From Eledone cirrhosa (Eukaryota), in NCBI GenBank assembly GCA_964016885.1, contig OZ024752.1, positions 18,228,001 through 18,292,000 on the forward strand: a stretch of DNA of 64,000 nt, given 5' to 3'. The notes beneath the pieces were generated by a model. The model worked only from the letters and a program-made list of their open reading frames with translations, did not search any database and had not been told where the DNA came from. Of this stretch, positions 60,470 to 64,000 are shown one piece after another. The translations under genes and the position numbers were made by a program. Numbering within the stretch: the stretch's first letter is position 1; every line of letters starts with the position of its first letter.

Positions 60470-63400
60470 ATCCATATCCAGTTTTGGTCTTTAGGGTGCT
60501 GCAGTTGTCCTGGACTCTGAGGTAGGCAACACCAGGCAATGTCTCACAGCCGCTCTCCATGAATTTCTGTCTAGAGTATCAACATCGGCCAAGTTCCATT
60601 TATATAAATCCCTCTTCACGCACTCCAACCACGCCTTCCTTGGTCTGCCGCGATCTCTAGTGCCAGGGATTGTCAAGTGAGATGTAGAGTTGATGCATGA
60701 CGTGGCTTGCTGTACATGTCCATACCAACGAAGGACAGCGGTGATCTCATCCACCTAATTTGGTGCCACAGATCCACCTAATCATGGTACGATCATTTCG
60801 CCTGAGCTGTTGCAAATCTGAGGCATTTGGAGCCCATGTCTCACCACCATGAAGCATGGCGGAGCCAACATAAGCAGAAAACTCTTTGCCACAAACTTTG
60901 AAAGAGATGAGGCAACAGCTTTCTGAATTTGCCCCATGCAACACAGCAGCGAGAAGCAACAGCATGTTCACAACCTCCTCCAGCACAGATCATGTCATCC
61001 AGGTAGCAGAAAGTGCATTCCATATCGAGTAATGTGCCATCCACATCTCCATGTGTATCAGATTGACCATCCACTGGGCGACACCTACGACAGACGTACT
61101 TTGGATCAGCAACTAGTTTCCCAGTGATACCATTGCACCTCTTATGGACCCATAGCTTGTATTGAGAGAGCATTCGATGGAGTTTGCGTCCACACCACTG
61201 CGACAGACAGCACAGGGGAATTCACCAGAATCTTTGAGAAGGCCAAGATCAATACCAGAGATCAGGAACTTTGTCGTCTTCATATTGACTCGAAGACCTT
61301 TTCTTTCCATGTCAGTTTTCCATGATTACAGTTTGGAGATACACCCCCCCAAGCGAGTCGGCAATGACAGCATACAGCAGCTCCCATGGGACGCCAGTGT
61401 GGAACTCCCATGACAGTGCCTCCAGCACCAGGATGAAGAGGAGTGGACTGAGCACTGATAGACTCCATCTCCCACACCAAATTCTTTGCTATAATGTCCA
61501 TTGACACGAACACGACTCCTGGCGTTTGTGTACATGCCCTGGATGTTACGGACAGCCCACTCCTAGACTTCTCATTGCCAACCAGAGTACTTTCCTTGGC
61601 ACACAGCTTTCTCAAAATCGACAAGTACAAAGAAGAGAGGTTTCTTGGCAGCAATGTACTTCTCTTGAAGTTGGGCGGCAATGAAAATGGCGTCTGTGGT
61701 GCCTCTGCCAGGCACAAAGCTGAATTACATTTCATTGATGTTCACCATCTTGTGAATGTAGGAATCTAACACACACTCAAGCAGCTTCATTACTTGATCG
61801 GTCACGAGAGTTGCCACGCTCGAGGGTCTCCTCTTACCTTTGTAAAGGTACCTTCACCGAAGACTGATTCTGCCAGCTGCCTCACCAACTCAACTTCCTC
61901 CTCACCAGCTGCTTTAAGCATTTCAGCAATGATGCCAGAAGGACCTGCAGCCTTGCCACACTTCATCTTGCTAAGAGCCTTGTGGATCAACTCAGGTGAC
62001 ACACTGGGAGGGAGACCAGGAACTGGAGCCAATTGAGGTCCCTTGGCCAATCAAACTCAACATTTAAGTGCTTTGAATAATGCTCCAGCTATGCCTTCAT
62101 CTTCTCTTCATCACTGAGAGACAACTCACCAGCATCATTTTTGACACACTTTTCGCCAACAACATCCTGGTTAGTGTGGTCCATTTGTTTGGCAAGCTGG
62201 AAGGGGAGATGTCAGCAAACACCTCTTTCTCGGCATCAGACTTGGCCAGTCAGATAACATGCTTGGCAGTTCACTTGGCTTCCAATGTAGGCAGTTTTTG
62301 CTTCCTTAGCCTCTACCACTTTACCTGCTTTCATAAGTGCCTTGTATGCTTTGAACCGTGATCGCTTTTCTTTAATTGCACCTTCGACCCTCTGATTCCA
62401 CCACCAAGTTTCTTTTCTCCACTGGTGGTTCTTGGACATGCCACGTACCTCAGTTGCTGCATCCAGAAGGGATTGTGTCGTTTCCGGCAGGAGAACCAGT
62501 CAATTTAATCTTGAAGGTGTCATGAAATAGGTCAGCCACAGCTGGTGTCTTCAACTTCCAAGTAAATGAACATTGAAGTCACAAACCACTAGTTGGTGCT
62601 GTTGGATGCATTTCTCAGGCGGGATGACTTTGACGTTGCTGACTGCTTTCCTGAAACTCTTTCGGAACAAGATGTAATCTATCTGGGTCCTATGGTTGCC
62701 GGAACTGAAAGTGACGAGATATGAGTCTCTTTTCTTGAACAATGTGTTACCAACAAGGAGGTCATTGGCAAAAGCAAATTCTAGAATTCTCTCTCCTTCT
62801 GCGTTATGGGCCCCGAAGCTGTACCCGCCATGCACATCCTTGTATGCACCATTTACAGCACCAACATGACCATTCCAATCACCCAACACAAAGCGGGTTT
62901 CAGAGACTTTGATGACAGTGCTTAGCAACTGGTCAAAGAAGCACTGTTTTGCAGCGTCAGAGAGACCAGACTGAGGAGCGTAAATAGAAAGGAAGGTGAA
63001 AACAACCGTGCCAATGACTAGCTTTAGCAGCAGGATCCTGTTTGAGATGTGCTGGACTTCAAAGACCTTATCCACCCAGTGCTCAGCTAACAGCATGTCT
63101 GCACCACCTTGGCCTTCCTTGTTTCCACACCAGTAAAACTTGTAGCGTGAGTTCCTGCCTTTTATGAAGCGAGTTTGGTTAGGTGTCACACCACCAGCCC
63201 ATCTGTGCTCTTGTATACCACAAAGCTCAACTTTCCATCTCGATAATGTCTCCACCACTTTGCTATCTTGCTTCTTGACTGAGCCAACATTCCATGTGGC
63301 CACCCTGAACTTGGTTGTGTGCTTGCTTGATTCGCCTTGATGGTCTGACCCTGCCACCCGCGAGGAGGCCAAGCCGGAGATGCTACCGGCACTTCTAGTA

Positions 63401-63670
63401 TGACTGCTGGCACCACCTATCACAGATACAGTAGAAAGACTTGCCATAATACTGAAGCAGGGTTTTTAATGGGGTGGCTGCTCTGCCTATCCCACAACTC
63501 AGAACTTTCAGCATCTGAGACTCTGCCGTTCCCACACTCCGGCTGTGTGCCTGCACGTTGTCCCTGCAAAAGGGTTATCTGTCCAGCCACAGTGGCAACT
63601 TTGCTAGAACACCAGTCAGTCGATGACTGTCACATGAAGCCTACTGCCAGCCAGGTTGAAGCAGCTCGTA
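60470..63670 (-). mobile_element. Degenerate near full-length RTE family D LINE
   Basis: APE ORF 62551-63447 (VATWNV, GIQEHRW, SIYAPQ, GDWNGH, TQIDYIL); fragmented RT downstream. Confidence 0.9.
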
Positions 63671-63675
63671 ACCCT

Positions 63676-64000
63676 GAGAAGGGGGCACCATCATCGACTT
63701 CAGCTGCCAAATCAGAGCTTCACCGTTGAGAAGGGGGCACCATCATCGACTTCAGCTGCCAAACCAGAGCTTCACCATTGAGAAGGGGGCACCATCATAG
63801 ACTTCAGCTACCAAACCAGAGCTTCACCATTGAGAAGGGAGCACCATCATCCACTTCAGCTGCCAAACCAGAGCTTCACCATTGAGAAGGGGGCACCATC
63901 ATCCACTTCAGCTGCCAAACCAGAGCTTCACCATTGAGAAGGGGGCACCATCATCCACTTCAGCTGCCAAACCAGAGCTTCACCATTGAGAAGGGGGCAC
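63676..64000. repeat. 52-bp minisatellite (>6 copies, runs off window)
   Basis: Unit GAGAAGGGGGCACCATCATCCACTTCAGCTGCCAAACCAGAGCTTCACCATT. Confidence 0.95.

Overview
AT-rich eukaryotic, intron-dominated DNA. The TA-microsatellite load, RTE LINEs and tRNA/CORE-like SINEs suggest an octopus/coleoid cephalopod genome (inference). Two spliced host genes lie on the + strand. Four exons of translation release factor eRF3 (GSPT1/SUP35) run 1457-4294 and are cut off by a 200-N scaffold gap at 4429-4628. Seven exons of CWH43 (PGAP2-interacting protein) run 32378-59716. Almost everything else is repeat-derived: at least four RTE LINE families (three show a PHD-type zinc finger inserted in the RT), three Penelope-like (GIY-YIG) elements, a decayed Gypsy LTR element, piggyBac/hAT MITEs, Helitron-like elements, SINEs, 56-, 35- and 52-bp minisatellites, and kb-scale patterned (TA)n arrays. 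The most notable signal is a set of type I hammerhead ribozyme motifs, three of them ending Penelope-like elements. Two divergent copies (12096-12146, 43854-43904) share a non-canonical CAGANGA core with a U-U at the base of stem II. The long Tyr/Ile ORFs in the track are microsatellite artefacts. All alignments and folds were done by eye.
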